DNA from: Lingula anatina
Taxonomy: Eukaryota; Animalia; Brachiopoda
NCBI GenBank assembly: GCA_051362555.1
Contig: CM120642.1
Coordinates: 30,938,001 to 31,002,000 of the forward strand
Direction: 5' to 3'
Length of the DNA: 64,000 bases
Shown: positions 1-13,933 of the stretch, piece after piece
How positions within the stretch are numbered: the stretch's first letter is position 1
Layout: each line of letters starts with the position of its first letter
Notes under the pieces: generated by a model
Seen by the model: only the letters and a program-made list of their open reading frames with translations
Told to the model about the DNA's origin: nothing
Database searches by the model: none
Program-made: the position numbers and the translations under genes

Positions 1-169
1 TATAAACACTCTATTCAACGGATAACTGGACGTAGAACTATGTTTGAATATTCAGCCGATAGTTCTTTTTTAACAAGTTTATGAATATTTATTTTAAAGC
101 TTTGCACGCTGTACCATTGGAAATAATGACACCTATATATTTATAAATTGTGAGGCTTATGTAACGTAC

Positions 170-3050
170 CTTTACAAATGCTCCTGGACACTCTATCACC
201 GATACTGCTTAGCGCTGTAAAATCATCAACGCTATAAACATGGCTGTCATCAGGATCGCTGGCAATGGCTTGAAGCTCATTGTAGTCTGTGCTGTTACCA
301 ATACCAATAGCAAATATCTCTATACCTTGCTTCTGAGCTAATTCTGCTTCCTTTTTGGTCTCGGTGAGGTTGTCGGAAACTCCGTCAGTTATCACAATGG
401 CGACTTGCGGAATTCCTTTTCTAGCACCAGGACCAGGCTTAAGGGGGTTTAAATGTGCCAACCTTGCTAAACGTATAGCTTGATGAGTGGCTGTCCCTCC
501 GCCTTGCTGCGCTACAGCATCTATCTTATTCAAAACATCTGTTTTGCTCGTGGTGTCTCGCAAAGTAAACTGTATTTTGTAACCATTTCCAAAAGTAATC
601 ATAGCCACCCGAACGCCGTCTTTGCTGACATTGAAAGACGTGTTCACCATGATGTGAATGAACTGCAAAACTTTCCGGAATTGAGCTGCTTTAATGCTTC
701 CTGATTCATCCACAAGGAAGGCGACGTCAGCTGCAGAGCTGCAGTCTTAGAAAAAGGTGTTTTTTAATTATACGAAAACAAAAAAATCTTGAAAGTGTTA
801 CAGCGCTTGTCAAAACTAATAAAAAAGTTAGATTATTACGAACTGGTGGACATTCTAAGCACGGTTAATATCAAAATATCATCTAGGACCAGAGTCAAAA
901 AATTACTTAAAAGTTGTCACATCTCACAGTCATAGATGACATACGAAAGACACACTCACAAACACGGCCTCTCAGTGGTGGTTTAAGTTGATAGATTGAT
1001 ACATATGTATGTCTACTGTAAACTAAGATAAATAACTACCTGTTGACTCCTCGGGTGATATCATTGTAGTATATGGCAGTGAGGAACTCTGGATAATGGC
1101 TGAAGCACTGGTAGTGAGTAGGGCAACATGACTGTGGCTGCTTGTTTTCAGTTTTTGTTCCACCGCTGGAATGAAGGAGATGTCAGTTTTATCATTCTTA
1201 ATTATTTAATAGTTTATATTAAAAACTCTTCGACAAACATTCTTAAATATTCTAAGATTTTAGACAGCACGTTTTTCACATTTCACCTTAAAAAATCAAA
1301 ACAGCCTCGGTATCAATTTCTAACAGAAAGACGCACGACCAGCATTTTAACAAATCTTTGATATTTGTAATAAATAATAATAATAATAATAATAATAATA
1401 TGAAATTACACACAAATAATTATGATCATTGTTCAAATCAACGGAATGGAAATTTTTACAGAGGAAAATTTAAGAAGTATAATAGACTGAGTGTGGACTT
1501 TTTAGTAGCCTTCATTTATGGAAGGGTACGAATAAAATAAGAAAATAACAAAGTTACTATCAACGTAGACGTACATGTAATATTAACATTTAAAAATCTT
1601 CTTATCTAATTTGGCAGCACGAGAAAATATGAAATATCATCATTATTGCACAAAAAAAATCAAAAACGACTTTTTTCGTTGACACATTCTTAAACTTAAA
1701 TTTTAAAAGACCTTATGCGCCTATATGGCCTCAGTTTGCAAAACGTTAAAAGAATATAAAATCTACAACCTGCAGATCCGCTTGGCTGCGCCACAGGTAG
1801 AAAGAAAATATCGTTTATTTGATTACCATAAATGATGTTAGATATCTCGAAGGTTTATACTTGAGTAGAGCTCGGAAAGTGAGCTATGGTCACAAATTTA
1901 ATTCAGACTGCTGAGAGAGACACTCTCTTTCTCTCTACAAAGGGCGCTTTGCATTCTTGTGTTAAATATGCATTATGCTAAGTGCGAAAGTACTTTACTT
2001 TATGGATCTGAGAGCTGAACAGATCAACATAGACTAGGGGATAAATTTTAATGGTTTATTTAACGGTCAACAACCTGAAAAATATAATTCCAAATTGATA
2101 CCTTGGCAAATGCTTCTGGACACCCTATCACCGATACTGATGAGCGCAGTAAAATTGTCCACGTTGTAAACATGATTGTCATCGGGATCGCTAGCCATGG
2201 CTTGAAGCTCGTTGTAGTCTGTGCTGTTACCAATACCAATAGCAAATATCTCTATACCTTGCTTCTGAGCTAATTCTGCTTCCTTTTTGGTCTCGGTGAG
2301 GTTGTCGGAAACTCCGTCAGTTATCACAATGGCGACTTGCGGAATTCCTTTTCTAGCACCAGGACCAGGCTTAAGGGGGTTTAAATGTGCCAACCTTGCT
2401 AAACGTATAGCTTGATGAGTGGCTGTCCCTCCGCCTTGCTGCGCTACAGCATCTATCTTATTCAAAACATCTGTTTTGCTCGTGGTGTCTCGCAAAGTAA
2501 ACTGTATTTTGTAACCATTTCCAAAAGTAATCATAGCCACCCGAACGCCGTCTTTGCTGACATTGAAAGACGTGTTCACCATGATGTGAATGAACTGCAA
2601 AACTTTCCGGAATTGAGCTGCTTTAATGCTTCCTGATTCATCCACAAGGAAGGCGACGTCAGCTGCAGAGCGACAGTCTGGAAAGACATTTGTCTTGGTA
2701 AAAACTTTAGATTACTAGAGTCTTATTAATTAAAATATTTAAGTTATTTGTCAATTTTGCTAACATTACTTCTCATCTAAGTTAAAAGTGTCATTTTGAC
2801 TGCTACTCAAAAAAAAAAAAAAAAAATTGCATCTGAGAGAAGGTTGTATCTGAGAAAAAAAAATTTTTTTGTAGTGTCAGTACACCAGTACACTATGATA
2901 AAATCTTTTGATTATCAAAACGTATTTCCCTTTTAAATTTTAAATGATAATTCGTTTTCAACAATAGAAAAACTAAATAATACCTTCTTGCGCTTGTGCA
3001 TGATGAAGGGTACAAAGCAAAGTTAAAAGTCCAAATTTCAACAAATTCAT
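170..3050 (-). CDS. Secreted multi-VWA-domain protein (matrilin/collagen VI-like VWA), 3'-incomplete; exons 3050-2984, 2677-2102, 1165-1040, 745-170, continuing off the left edge
   Basis: Exon 1 encodes the signal peptide MNLLKFGLLTLLCTLHHAQAQE. Two 576-bp VWA exons carry complete MIDAS motifs (DVAFLVDESGS, GGGTAT, IVITDG). A 126-bp Ser/Thr-rich linker exon (AVEQKLKTSSHSH...SPEEST) lies between them. All introns are GT-AG and phase 1, and the frame is continuous. Confidence 0.9.
1310..1340. repeat. (AAT)n microsatellite
   Basis: Seen directly, in a VWA gene intron. Confidence 0.9.
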
Positions 3051-6000
3051 GGTGCACACTTCTTATTTAATCCAGCCATGACGAGTTTCCCTCTCTTGCA
3101 CTGCTCTATTGCCTTCTCTTTGTCAGCAATGAACTTCTTAGCCCTCATGTTAGCAAGTGTTCCAAGGGTGAAAACCAACTGTGGTTTTAAATTGGACATA
3201 ACTATTCACACCTTTCATCCTTATTACTTTGACAAAATTGACCTTTTAGAGTTTGTTCGTTTTTGTGTCCATACTATGCCCTTCTTAAGGATCTTATATC
3301 GAATACGGCTTGATAGAAATCGCACAGCAGCAACTGAAAATGTTTAAGTTTTGCATTAGGCCAGTGTGTATTTCTCCCTCGATTTCCCCGTGAAGGCCAC
3401 ACTGTGGGAACAAACCGCGATTCGATAAAGTCCAAATACGGGTATCGGCAGTACAGATTCGAGACTGATAAATCTTCACTTTCGACACTAGATTCGTTCA
3501 TAAAGTACATTTTCTTTTAAAATGAATTTCCTTCACAACAACAGAGATCCTGCAAAATATGCAGTCTCCCCTACTTGGCAAGAAAAAAAGATGTCTGTCC
3601 TGACTGTTGGGGAATTGATATAACACAGCATTTAGTCAGCGACGTTATGGTCGATACATTTTCAATCAATCGCTCAATCATTTATCATTTAACAACCAGG
3701 GTATTCATCATTTTAACAGATATTCAGCCATGTTTATCAGAATCGTTTGTATAAGCAGCAAAGACAGGTGACAAACAGTGTTTGTTCTGGAATATATTCC
3801 GGACACATAATTCAGTACACAAGGTGTCCCCATATCTTGGTTCCAGACAAAATGCTGCTATCCCTCGTGACGGTGATGCACCATGTCTACAAGATTTCAC
3901 ATTAACAATTCATTTACTGCCTGGAGAACGCTTTTTGCTTTTTTACTAATTTTTATTTTATTTTATTTTATTATTTTTTGCCTACTCTAGCAATCGGTTG
4001 CAGAGAATCGCTGTGGGGTGTAAACCGGTGTAGCGAAACTGCAGGTCCGTGTAACAGAAAGTCCACGCTCCATTTATTTATAATGGTTAGGATTAGCCTG
4101 ACCTAAGTGGGTCAAAATCTATCATAGTTTAAAGCAGATTGACATGATGGAAAAGTTTTCTTTCAGAAATGGGGAAAGTTACTTGAAACACAACACTAAG
4201 ATAGCAAAAATGATAGTCGTTGTATTAATCGAGAACGAAAAATTGAATTCGCGCCTTATATTTAATCAAAACTAGCAATAAGCAAAAGCTCGATCTTGTG
4301 CTAACATTTTCTCATTGACGCCTTTGTCCTCTTTTACCGAAAAATATTCTACAAAAAAGTGGGGAGGATCAATTGCGGATTTCATATAACAATATAGGTA
4401 AAGGCAATCCTAAATAATACGAGATGGTTCGACACGTTGTCCTGTCCCTTGACAACCTATACTATGAAAGATAACTGACGTCACATTTATCTTCCGCCCA
4501 GATCCCGGTGTGCCGCATGGGTAGGAATATCTCTGACATGATAAAGTATCATTGTACCCATGTAATACATACCCTGACAGCATTCTAGGGCAACTATCGG
4601 CTGATCTGTTCAAAGAGAATTTCCGAGTTCAAATTCTAAAAATGTATGGTCTTAAAGGTTGTTTTGAAACACAGGGCTGTACACGCGTCATAGTGTACTT
4701 GAAGAGAGTCGGTGCCACATACACTGAAAATTTTAATCTGCTAATTCTTTCTCAATGATATAAAGTAATCTAACTGCTGCTAGATGTTTTGATTTTCTCT
4801 ATAAGGGAACATGACTGGATAACTCATATTTATCGTAAACACCCAGCTCTATTATGTATGCTTTTCCACAAAATGACGTTCATTTTTTTCAGAAAAGTTA
4901 CAAACTCACATGAAATAGCTGTCCTTGCCATTAATGTGGTACATGTAATCATCATTAGTTTATTCATTAAATATTATAGTTATGCCGCTATTATTCAAAG
5001 TATATATACATTTAACATCTATCATTGTTTACCTATCAATCAAATAGTTTTTTTTATTTATTTGTTTGTTTGTTTGTTTGCTTGTTTGTCTATATGGTAC
5101 CATAAAGCCTGTGGCCAGTGCATACAAAGAGTCCTATTCCTTCCTTTACGAAGAGAATGATGGTACCCTCAGCTGCATGTTAAATGTGTTTGTTAAGATA
5201 TGTCGCACAATATTTCTGAATTTTTTAATCCACATGTTACTAAGATAGCAGGTTAAAGAGGGCATAAACGCATAAACAGTAAATAAATTAGTAAAGTTAT
5301 AAAATTTGCCATACGGCACATACGGCTCCAAGAAGCGGAGTGTATTAACACGAAAAAGTACGTAATTTCCCTTCATAGCAAGTTGCTGATGCTACCTGTA
5401 GCCTTACTTGACTGCATGTAACTCTGCATGTAACTCTATACAAGTACACCGACTTCTTATCCCATCCGACATTGGGTCTGGATATGTTTACTAATAAGTG
5501 ATTATAGCTTAAGACCCATGCAAAGTACAGGGCGTACATTTGTATGCTAGTACGACGTAACGCATAACCCGTGTTTGACACGATATAGAGGTCAGCAGTA
5601 GACAACTTCACTGTGTATCTTTCTCGTAACCTTTACCCGGCCTGCCTGGTTACCATCTTATGTCTACACGGGGGACAAACACGTAATTGATATCTAAGTG
5701 GCTGTGATGAAAGGATGACGATTACGTCGAGTGCTGAAAACTAGATACGAGCTTATTTCATCAGGCAAACGTGCACATGAGCACATACGCACACTAGCGC
5801 GCGCACTCACACGCAAATACACACACACACACACACGGAGAGAATGAGAGAGGGAGAGAGAGAGATACTATATTTCGAAGTTGTTAGAAGCCTTATTCAC
5901 ATTCCAACCCACACAATATGGTTTAAAATTTTAAGTTTTAATTAATTGTAGAATTGTCTAAATCACATGAGTAACAGTCGTAACTGTAATTGTAAAAGTA

Positions 6001-7243
6001 CTAATAAGTATAATCTTGGGAAGACCTTTACGTCACCTCAAGTAGCCATTAGATAAGAATGAAGGACCTAAATAGACAGAATTTCAAGAGTATCACCTTC
6101 GAAGTAGAAGATATCATCACTTGTTATCATTGAGCAGTCAAGTGAATAGCAAACACCTCTTTATCGGACAAGTTTTGCCTTGTACACTTTGGTTAATGTA
6201 TTTGATAAAGAAGACAGTGGTCTGAATGCTAAAACAATACTGTGGTGTTTCTATTGAAAGGAACAATTTCAGTCAACAGCTAAAAGCGATTCTACAGGTA
6301 AAATAATCAATTTGGTATGTGTGATTAATACATGTACATGTATATACGATAGATACCTTCTGGCGTTTAAGTGATGGTGCCTTAAGTACCAAAAATAGAC
6401 ATGCTGCCACCGGCCTACCAACCTCTTGTGCTTCTTTCAAAAACGCAACATTTGCGTAATTATTTATTCACTTTACGGTTCCCCCTTGATTTTTGGATGT
6501 CTGCAGACGAAAAAAAATCAATTCCTCTCGGTAGAGCGCTTATCATATTCAACACCTACATGTTATTTATTATCCAATGAAGTAATGGATACAAGCTTGC
6601 ATGACGTGTTATTGATTTAAAGTTTGCTCATCTCCTTTGTCTTAGTTATTATGACAAGTATAAGAAAATGCCCAACGATTCGATATATTTACACGATGAG
6701 GAAAAAAACAGCAGAAACAATAGGGTGTCTGTGGAGCTGCGTTGCCTTGTAATATCAAAAATAAAATAGAATAGAAACTGCTTGCATAATTATTAATTCA
6801 TCTACCGTCAGTCTTTTTTGTGAAGGTCCTGGGAAATATACAGATGGGGAAAAGTATTTAACCAATGTTGAATAGAAGAGGGAATGGAAAATATTTTGTC
6901 TACAGATACCAAGTCTTTGAAGTGTTTTAAATTTGCGAAACGCTGAAATGCTGTGTATTTCACAGAAAATCGCAGGTTTTATCGTCTTAGGTAGGTTCCA
7001 AGGGGATTTATAGAGAGAAATGCAGTTTAGGAGGCAAAACTAATTTTGATACTGATTAGAACGGCATATTTAATACCCGTGATTATATCAGGAACGGTTT
7101 GTTTTCACTTTGTGTATAAGTAAGAACGATAGATTAATTATTTAGTAAATTTATTTTCTTTTAGTGATATTAGTGATATTCATTACAATGTTTTTGCACA
7201 ATCGACCATTTGTCGTGCAAACTATTGTACATAAGCAGTACAT

Positions 7244-9107
7244 ATGCCAATTTTAATTTCAGAACTCGTGTGCGTTTTTCTCCCACTGATTGTCAGTGGC
7301 GTGAAAGTTCAGTCATGTAAAGCAACGCTTTCGCATGGAGTGCGTATCCACGGCTCCTCGGGGTCGAACGCTAGCGTTCTCACAGAGGAACCCCACGAGA
7401 GCATGCAGGCCTGCGCGCGGCTGAGATTCGAATCGACTGAAGCCAAATCTGTGCAGTTTTGTACAGAGTCAAGTATGTGCACAGTGTTCGGAACAGAGTT
7501 AACAGCAGCTGATATAGAAGACGCCCAGGTTGACAGCAGCTGTATTATTATGAGGTTCTTTTGTGATATGCCAGCCGATAGGTCAAACGTGAGTTCAGGG
7601 TTTTAAGTTTAAATATTTATGTTTTTACTCTGTTTTGTTTTAATATTAAGGTAAGATAAGATTAATATCTTATTTGTCACGTTCAACCTTATGCGATATT
7701 GCTCTTTAAGTCTCATTTGTTTAACCTTACTTTCAACAGTAACAGTGTACATTGTGTTCTATAACAGCGCACTGGTCCGTTGCATTGTTCAACGCGGTTT
7801 CCAGAGTCATTGAGCTGTAATTTTCTATACATAAGAATTTTTTGAAAGACGCAAAATTCAAATCAGGCAATTTAACTTGCGCATCAACCCAATCACGTGC
7901 GTGTACACAAGTGAATGTTTCTATTAAAAGAACATTTAATTAATCTAAACTTACATTTGCAGACGGACGGCGCCGCATCAAATCTCGGCGATTCTGAAGC
8001 CGACCCAGGGACAAACTGTACAGATATCTTACAGAGTAGACCGGAAGCAGAAAGCGGCGTATACTGGATCTCAACAGGGGGCCAGGCTTTTCAGGTGCAG
8101 TATAAGCTTCACATATGTCTACGACATAAGTGGACATTAATGTTATGCGTGCATAATATTGCACCGACAGAATTTTGTGTTATATGTATTATTCTTCATG
8201 TTATTTATGCTCGTTTAGCAATTTTAAGTTATGTCTGCTGACAGTACAGTAAGACTTAGGTGTAACATGCACAAAAAACGACTGCTTACCCTTTTTTGTA
8301 TTATGGTATGGGACCATGTACAGAAGAAGTGTACTTGTAAGCTAACCGAACTCCAGTTGGTCAGCAATATACTGATATACCACACCATCATAATTAATTA
8401 TTATTGTCGCTGAAAGACATAACTAGTAATGCCAAATATGTGTGATCATTTGATTTTGAAATAATATCAAACACCGTCATATCACCGTAATATCAAAGAC
8501 GTTAAACACATTCATTTTCTTGATGTAGGTTTTCTGTGATATGGACTCTGACGGAGGAGGATGGACGCTCGTCTGGAGTTACAACTTCACAAATTTTGGT
8601 CCGGAATTGACAGGTGCCTTGACCCCAAGACCAAATTGGACGGTGAACGAGGGCGATGTTCCTATCTCCATCACTCCTCCTCTGAACGAGACGGATTTCA
8701 ATGCTGTAGACTTCTGGCTCTGGAGTTCCATAGGAAATCAGCAGTTCATGGTCAAATCCACCATCAACAACTGGGTCGTGTGTAATGGAAGTAGCCTCGT
8801 AGATTTCACGGCAAGCCCGTTGAACTGTCGCATCGTGAAAATCGTGGGCAACAGTTCATGCTCTGATATTGTCCCCATCCAATTCTACGACCTAGGGGCG
8901 GTGAACAGCAGTCACCCGTTTGGTAGTAAAGGGCCGGTTCTTACTACGGGAATAGGTTTGTCGATTGTGGAGACGTCTGCGTACTACTACTTCCGGGCGT
9001 CCACCGTCGAAGGAGTCTGTCCCGCGCACGATCCTTGTGGTACAGGACGTTGTGACGGACACAAACCGGACCCTGATATGCCATATGGTAACATTTATAT
9101 TCGCTAA
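7244..9107 (+). CDS. Secreted protein (~351 aa): possible degenerate PAN/apple-like N-terminus plus fibrinogen C-terminal (FReD/intelectin-like) N-subdomain and an atypical C-terminus; exons 7244-7588, 7963-8094, 8529-9107
   Basis: Hydrophobic signal peptide MPILISELVCVFLPLIVSG. Phase-0 GT-AG introns join into NCTDILQSRPEAESGVYWI...FQ|VFCDMDSDGGGWTLV, the canonical fibrinogen-related/intelectin N-terminal motif. The start codon is less certain than the internal exons. Confidence 0.85.
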
Positions 9108-11257
9108 GATCTAGAATGGTAGGACTCTGTGTTGCTCAACACCGGGAACGGACTGAGTTCAAAGGGCAGTTTACAGTACTTTCCAGCCGATCAAGTTGTA
9201 CTGAATAATTGTCATTGACGATGAAAACATTTCGTCGGAGTTTGGAGCTTGCGAACTCATATTTTTGCAAATTTCGCTGAGTCGTTATTCTAGCTATGTA
9301 AGATACTGTATTTGACGACATTTGGAGGTCAGTATCGTAGTCCACGGAAACTAGACAATAACACACTGATTTCAGCGCTCATAGCATCAGTTGAATCAAT
9401 CAACGTATTGGAAACGTTTGTTAAGATACTTCATGGTATATTACCACTTCATGTGATAAATACCTGATTTTACTGACAAATCGACTTCATAGGATGAAAT
9501 GAGACTTCATCTTTGATTAAGATATTGCTTGTGACTTCATGAGATAATGGTTAAAAAATCCCTATTGCGTGTCCTACGTTTTGAAAGATAATGTTTTAGG
9601 AAAATCATGCTTTTGTATTGTATGTATTATCCAACACAGGTAAACTGTACGTTATAATTATATTTACAAACGTGTGTGGCTGAAAGGAATTCTAGAATAG
9701 AAACTTAATTACAATTGGGTGTATGTATCGGTAACGTACACTGTATGTTTCATGTGAACAATTTTTCCACAATTCGTTTCAAGACGACCTCCGCCTTTTG
9801 TCCTGTTTCTATTTTATTGTAATGTAAAATTCAGCACAAAAATTGTAAGCAGATAACAGTTATAGAAATATAGGTAACGTATGTATCGAGGGATATCGAG
9901 CAAAGAAAAATATGACGTAGAACCACGTGTGGGCTCACATACAGTAGTTGCAATGATGGACAACAAAAAACAACAACAATCAACACGCTATTTGGTAACG
10001 TATGTATCGGTAACGTATCTGAATAAATTTTTACAAATCGTCTGAAGACAACTGCCTTTTTTTGTCCCGTTTCTGCTTTATTGTAATGTAATATCCAGTA
10101 CAAATTACACTGTAGGTGGTGGCTCACCAGAAGTTGCAATCGGTTCCTGCAGGGATAGAGATAATGAAGAAGTGCACTCGTAGCCTAGTTGTCTTCAAGG
10201 TCTGGCCGGGAAATACGCTTAGAGCTTAGAAATGAACATGCTATTCCATATTTGTAAGATACTGGGTATGTTATTAACCCCAAATATCCCAAGGTAATTA
10301 CTTTTGGGTCCTTTAGCTTAATATTTATTGCCATTATGTCATGATGTTTAAAAACACTTAGATTGAAACTTTTTTCCTATCCATGCGGTAAGTTGGCCAG
10401 CCAATAGGAGCAGTCAAATTGACGCATCTTTTGTTGTGCCAATGACCGTTACAATTACAAGAAAGCTAGAAGAGCACTTGTGAGTACTGCCCAGTAGACA
10501 GGCCAGACCCTTCAAAGCGGTCAAGGTCAAATTAGGGCCTTCCTGTTAGTTAAAAGACATAAAATGTTCCGCAAGGTCACAGGGTTATGCTTTTTACTGA
10601 CGACTAGCGAAAATTGGCACATTTAGCATGGTTGACGGGCTTCAATATTAATTATTCAGAAGTTAAAAAAATGTGTAAACATAAATTAAACTCGTACGAT
10701 GAAATATAGTTTTAAACGATATCGAAGGACGAGTGTATATCTGTCATGAGATACCTTAGCCATATTATAGACATAATGTGGGACATGCTGACTGGTATGG
10801 TACTGCGCATGTCTTCTTTATTTATCCATAAAGACTTCGTCCTGGTGTCTAGAAAATGATGTTAATTAATGTATTTGCCAGCTGATTTGCATCGCTCTGT
10901 TTGCAAGCATCAATTGGTACCAAAGGTCTAGGTAGCCACTGATGGTCTAGGTAGACCAGAATTCTGTAATAAAAGCCTAATAAACATGGGCGTTAGTACT
11001 GAGGGGACAATTTGAAAACAGGTATCCCTTTAAGTCTACGCCGTTATTTAACATTACTGCATATTAGTCCACTAACGTCAACAATTTGAATGTCAAATTA
11101 ATAGTTATGGTACTATTGAGGAGAGACCCTAGTTATAATATATTAAAATACATTTATGTAAACACACAAGAGTTGTAATAAAATAAGGAAGACGTTTATA
11201 TCTGTAGATTCTGATGAGCACGAGCCCCTGAGTCAACTGATTCTTTCTCTCCTAAAG

Positions 11258-11263
11258 GTGAGT
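11258..11263 (+). promoter_or_regulatory. Putative splice donor of the non-coding first exon of Cys-rich gene A
   Basis: AAG|GTGAGT consensus donor ~280 bp upstream of the acceptor that precedes the ATG. Confidence 0.55.
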
Positions 11264-11563
11264 CTTATTCATGAGACTGTGTTCTTATGAAATGTCAGTA
11301 GCCATTATAGATATTGGTAGAATACAATTGTAATAATGAAGTATTGCATATTTGGAGGTTATTACCAAACTTTGTTTTATAATGATCAGCGTCATGGTCT
11401 GGGGAGATAACATCTGGATCGTAAAGACGTTCTTTTTTCATACAAAGAAAACAATTTTTCTTCTCAGTGATGAAAGGCGCAAATGAAAAACTGACATCTG
11501 AAATTGATATTTTCAGTTGCATAAAACTTGCGTTTCCAGCACAGAAACCGATTCACAACGGAG

Positions 11564-12718
11564 ATGCGGTGCTTTATAATTGTCACATGCCTCCTGGTTT
11601 TACTATGGAACCAAGCTCTTCCAGTCAAGTCCCATCCCCATAAAAAGGAAATCGAAGGAAAACGTATGCCAAAATGTCCGTTCAAAGAAAGACCTGGAGA
11701 CAGCGGCCCAGGATGCTGTGACATTTCGAGTTCTAAGGAAAAATGTCTCTGCATACCACCAGGTAATACAGAAGGTGAAGATGCGATAAAGAGACATTTT
11801 GTGGGATTTACAATACTAACCGAACCTCAGTCCTATACATTTAAAGTTCAGTATTTTTATTTCCACCTGAGAGGGGTGTGGTATTTGTTACTCGAAAAAG
11901 ATGAACTTTCCGTTAAAATGAAAACACTGGATACTTAACATGAAAAGAAAGAGATTGAAAATATGCTTGTCCCGCGGTCGGTCAGCCCTTAGTACCCCAC
12001 ATTATGTATTTTTAATGAGACCATTCAACGTATTTAAACGTATAATAATGCAGTTTAAAGACGTTAACTCCTCGTTAAACTCATCCACCACCAGGCCCGT
12101 AGCCATCAATTTCAAAGGGGGTGTTCTTTTCCTGATTAAGTGGAACTTTTACCAAAATAGATCAAATTTTACCCAGAGTGGACCTTTTCCCAGCAAAAAG
12201 GGTGGTTCTTTCGAAACCTCTAGCCCTCCTGTCTACGAAATGCAGATAATGTAGATTATAATTTTTAAAGTTATGCTTCTTCTCTGCATATATACACATC
12301 TTAATTTTTAACTTTATGGTGATTGATAAATAAATAGTGTACCTAACAGTAGGCCAACGGTTGTCAGCCACATAAAGACAGATATAAAAAAATGTTTACG
12401 AGTAAAGGGTAATTTGCAAAATGTACAGTTTTTTAAAAAATTGAACGAATATCGATGTACAGAGTATAGTAAGAATCATCTCAACACACATCTATGTATT
12501 TCTTTAATGTCTCCCTAGGTATTTGGGGATTAATTATAGACAAAGAGTGGCCCAGGTGCACGCAGCACGTGGCCCCAAAACCGAGCTGTCCCTGGGAAGA
12601 GGAGGCTTGTTTTGGTTACACCGTCAGCTGTTGCGCCAAGCTCGAGGATTGCACGTGTGGAAAAATACATCCATGGCAACGGTGTGGATTCTGTTCCGCA
12701 TTCATGGAAACAAAATGA
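11564..12718 (+). CDS. Secreted cysteine-rich protein A (132 aa, 2 CxW/F-CC-CxC-C modules); exons 11564-11762 and 12519-12718
   Basis: Signal peptide MRCFIIVTCLLVLLWNQALP and a KR site before the Cys region. A phase-1 intron (CCAG|gtaata...ctccctag|GT) joins the two listed ORFs in frame. An acceptor lies just upstream of the ATG (AG at 11538-11539). Confidence 0.85.
12091..12237. mobile_element. Degenerate GC-ended MITE (CAGGCCCGTAGCC family) in the intron of Cys-rich gene A
   Basis: Left end caggcccgtagcc resembles the ends at 17611, 29203 and 44538; the right end is eroded (ctgtctacg). Confidence 0.45.
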
Positions 12719-13861
12719 ATATAATTAATAGATAGGTTGGTTTTATTAAGGAATGTAACCAAGGATAATGCGATACACTTGTGCTAAAATGGTAGCCTTA
12801 AATAATATTATGCAAAGGTAGTTTAAGGGTTGGTTTTTTGGAAATGTTGAGGATAAACATCCAAGCAGGACTGAATGAATGAATGATTATATAAGCATGA
12901 GATTAAACTACAGCTTACTTTTCAATATAATTGTTTTGAATCTATTTGTATTATGAAAAAAGTGCGTATCCTGCGTGCTCAATATTTTATAAGTGCAATC
13001 TTCTATGGCATGTGCTTTTGTACGTTTACCAGTATCGAGGCTATACACAAGAATGTCAAACATCGGAGATAGGCCTACTCTTAGCCTTGACGGACATATT
13101 TCTTACCAACCTAAAAACTTTAATTGATGCTTGTTAAAGAGCTTTGTAAATGCGTTGGAGCCATTGTTCATTCCAATAAATGGATAAAAACATATGCACC
13201 TACATGTAATTTTTTTTTTTTTTTTTTTGGCTGACATTCAAACGTAATTAGATTTTGATTAAATTTTATCTTAACACCGATGCTGTTTATTCATTTCACA
13301 TGATCGGCACCATCTTTATACACGTATCCAATAATATAAAACTGATGATCTGTAAACGCATGCGTTGCATGTACATGCTGCCAATTATATAAAGTAATGA
13401 CTATTACATAAAGTATTGATATGCGAAACTTTTTAAGCGCGTTTCCCTTATATCTTGTCCAGCATAAATACGAATAGAAAGGTTGTACTTGCTTGACCAT
13501 GCCACTTATCTTCTGAATTAATTGGTGAAATAAACAGTTCTAGCATCGAGCAATTTTATTTTTAAATTGCGTGTAATTTACGCTCCATATGTCACTTTAA
13601 GCGGACATCAAATGTCAGGGGTCTAATTGTTCCTGTGATTTAAGTATACAGATGAAGACAACACCCTCTTCAAATGTAAGTATTATGCCGGTAAACCCAG
13701 AGACTTATGGTAGAGAGTGCTATCAAATTGCATCTTCCAGTAGTTAAATTTGTATCAATTTGCATGTATATGATCACGTTGATGCTGTGTTTTTGTGGCT
13801 GTTTTCTCGGGATAGCTTTACAATTGCAAATACCCGGTAAATAAATTCACTTCGCACTTGG

Positions 13862-13863
<2 letters not shown>

Positions 13864-13930
<67 letters not shown>
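13864..13930. repeat. (TA)n microsatellite
   Basis: Seen directly. Confidence 0.95.

Positions 13931-13933
<3 letters not shown>

Noticed and set aside
480-2636. Identical 74-aa plus-strand ORFs at 480-704 and 2412-2636
   Set aside because: Antisense shadows of the duplicated VWA exons
6226-6300. Upstream ATG exon for the FReD-like gene (donor at ~6298, acceptor at 7262)
   Set aside because: The ATG frame gives phase 0 while the acceptor needs phase 1, and the phase-1 frame has a stop; ATG 7244 was retained, though a different first exon remains possible
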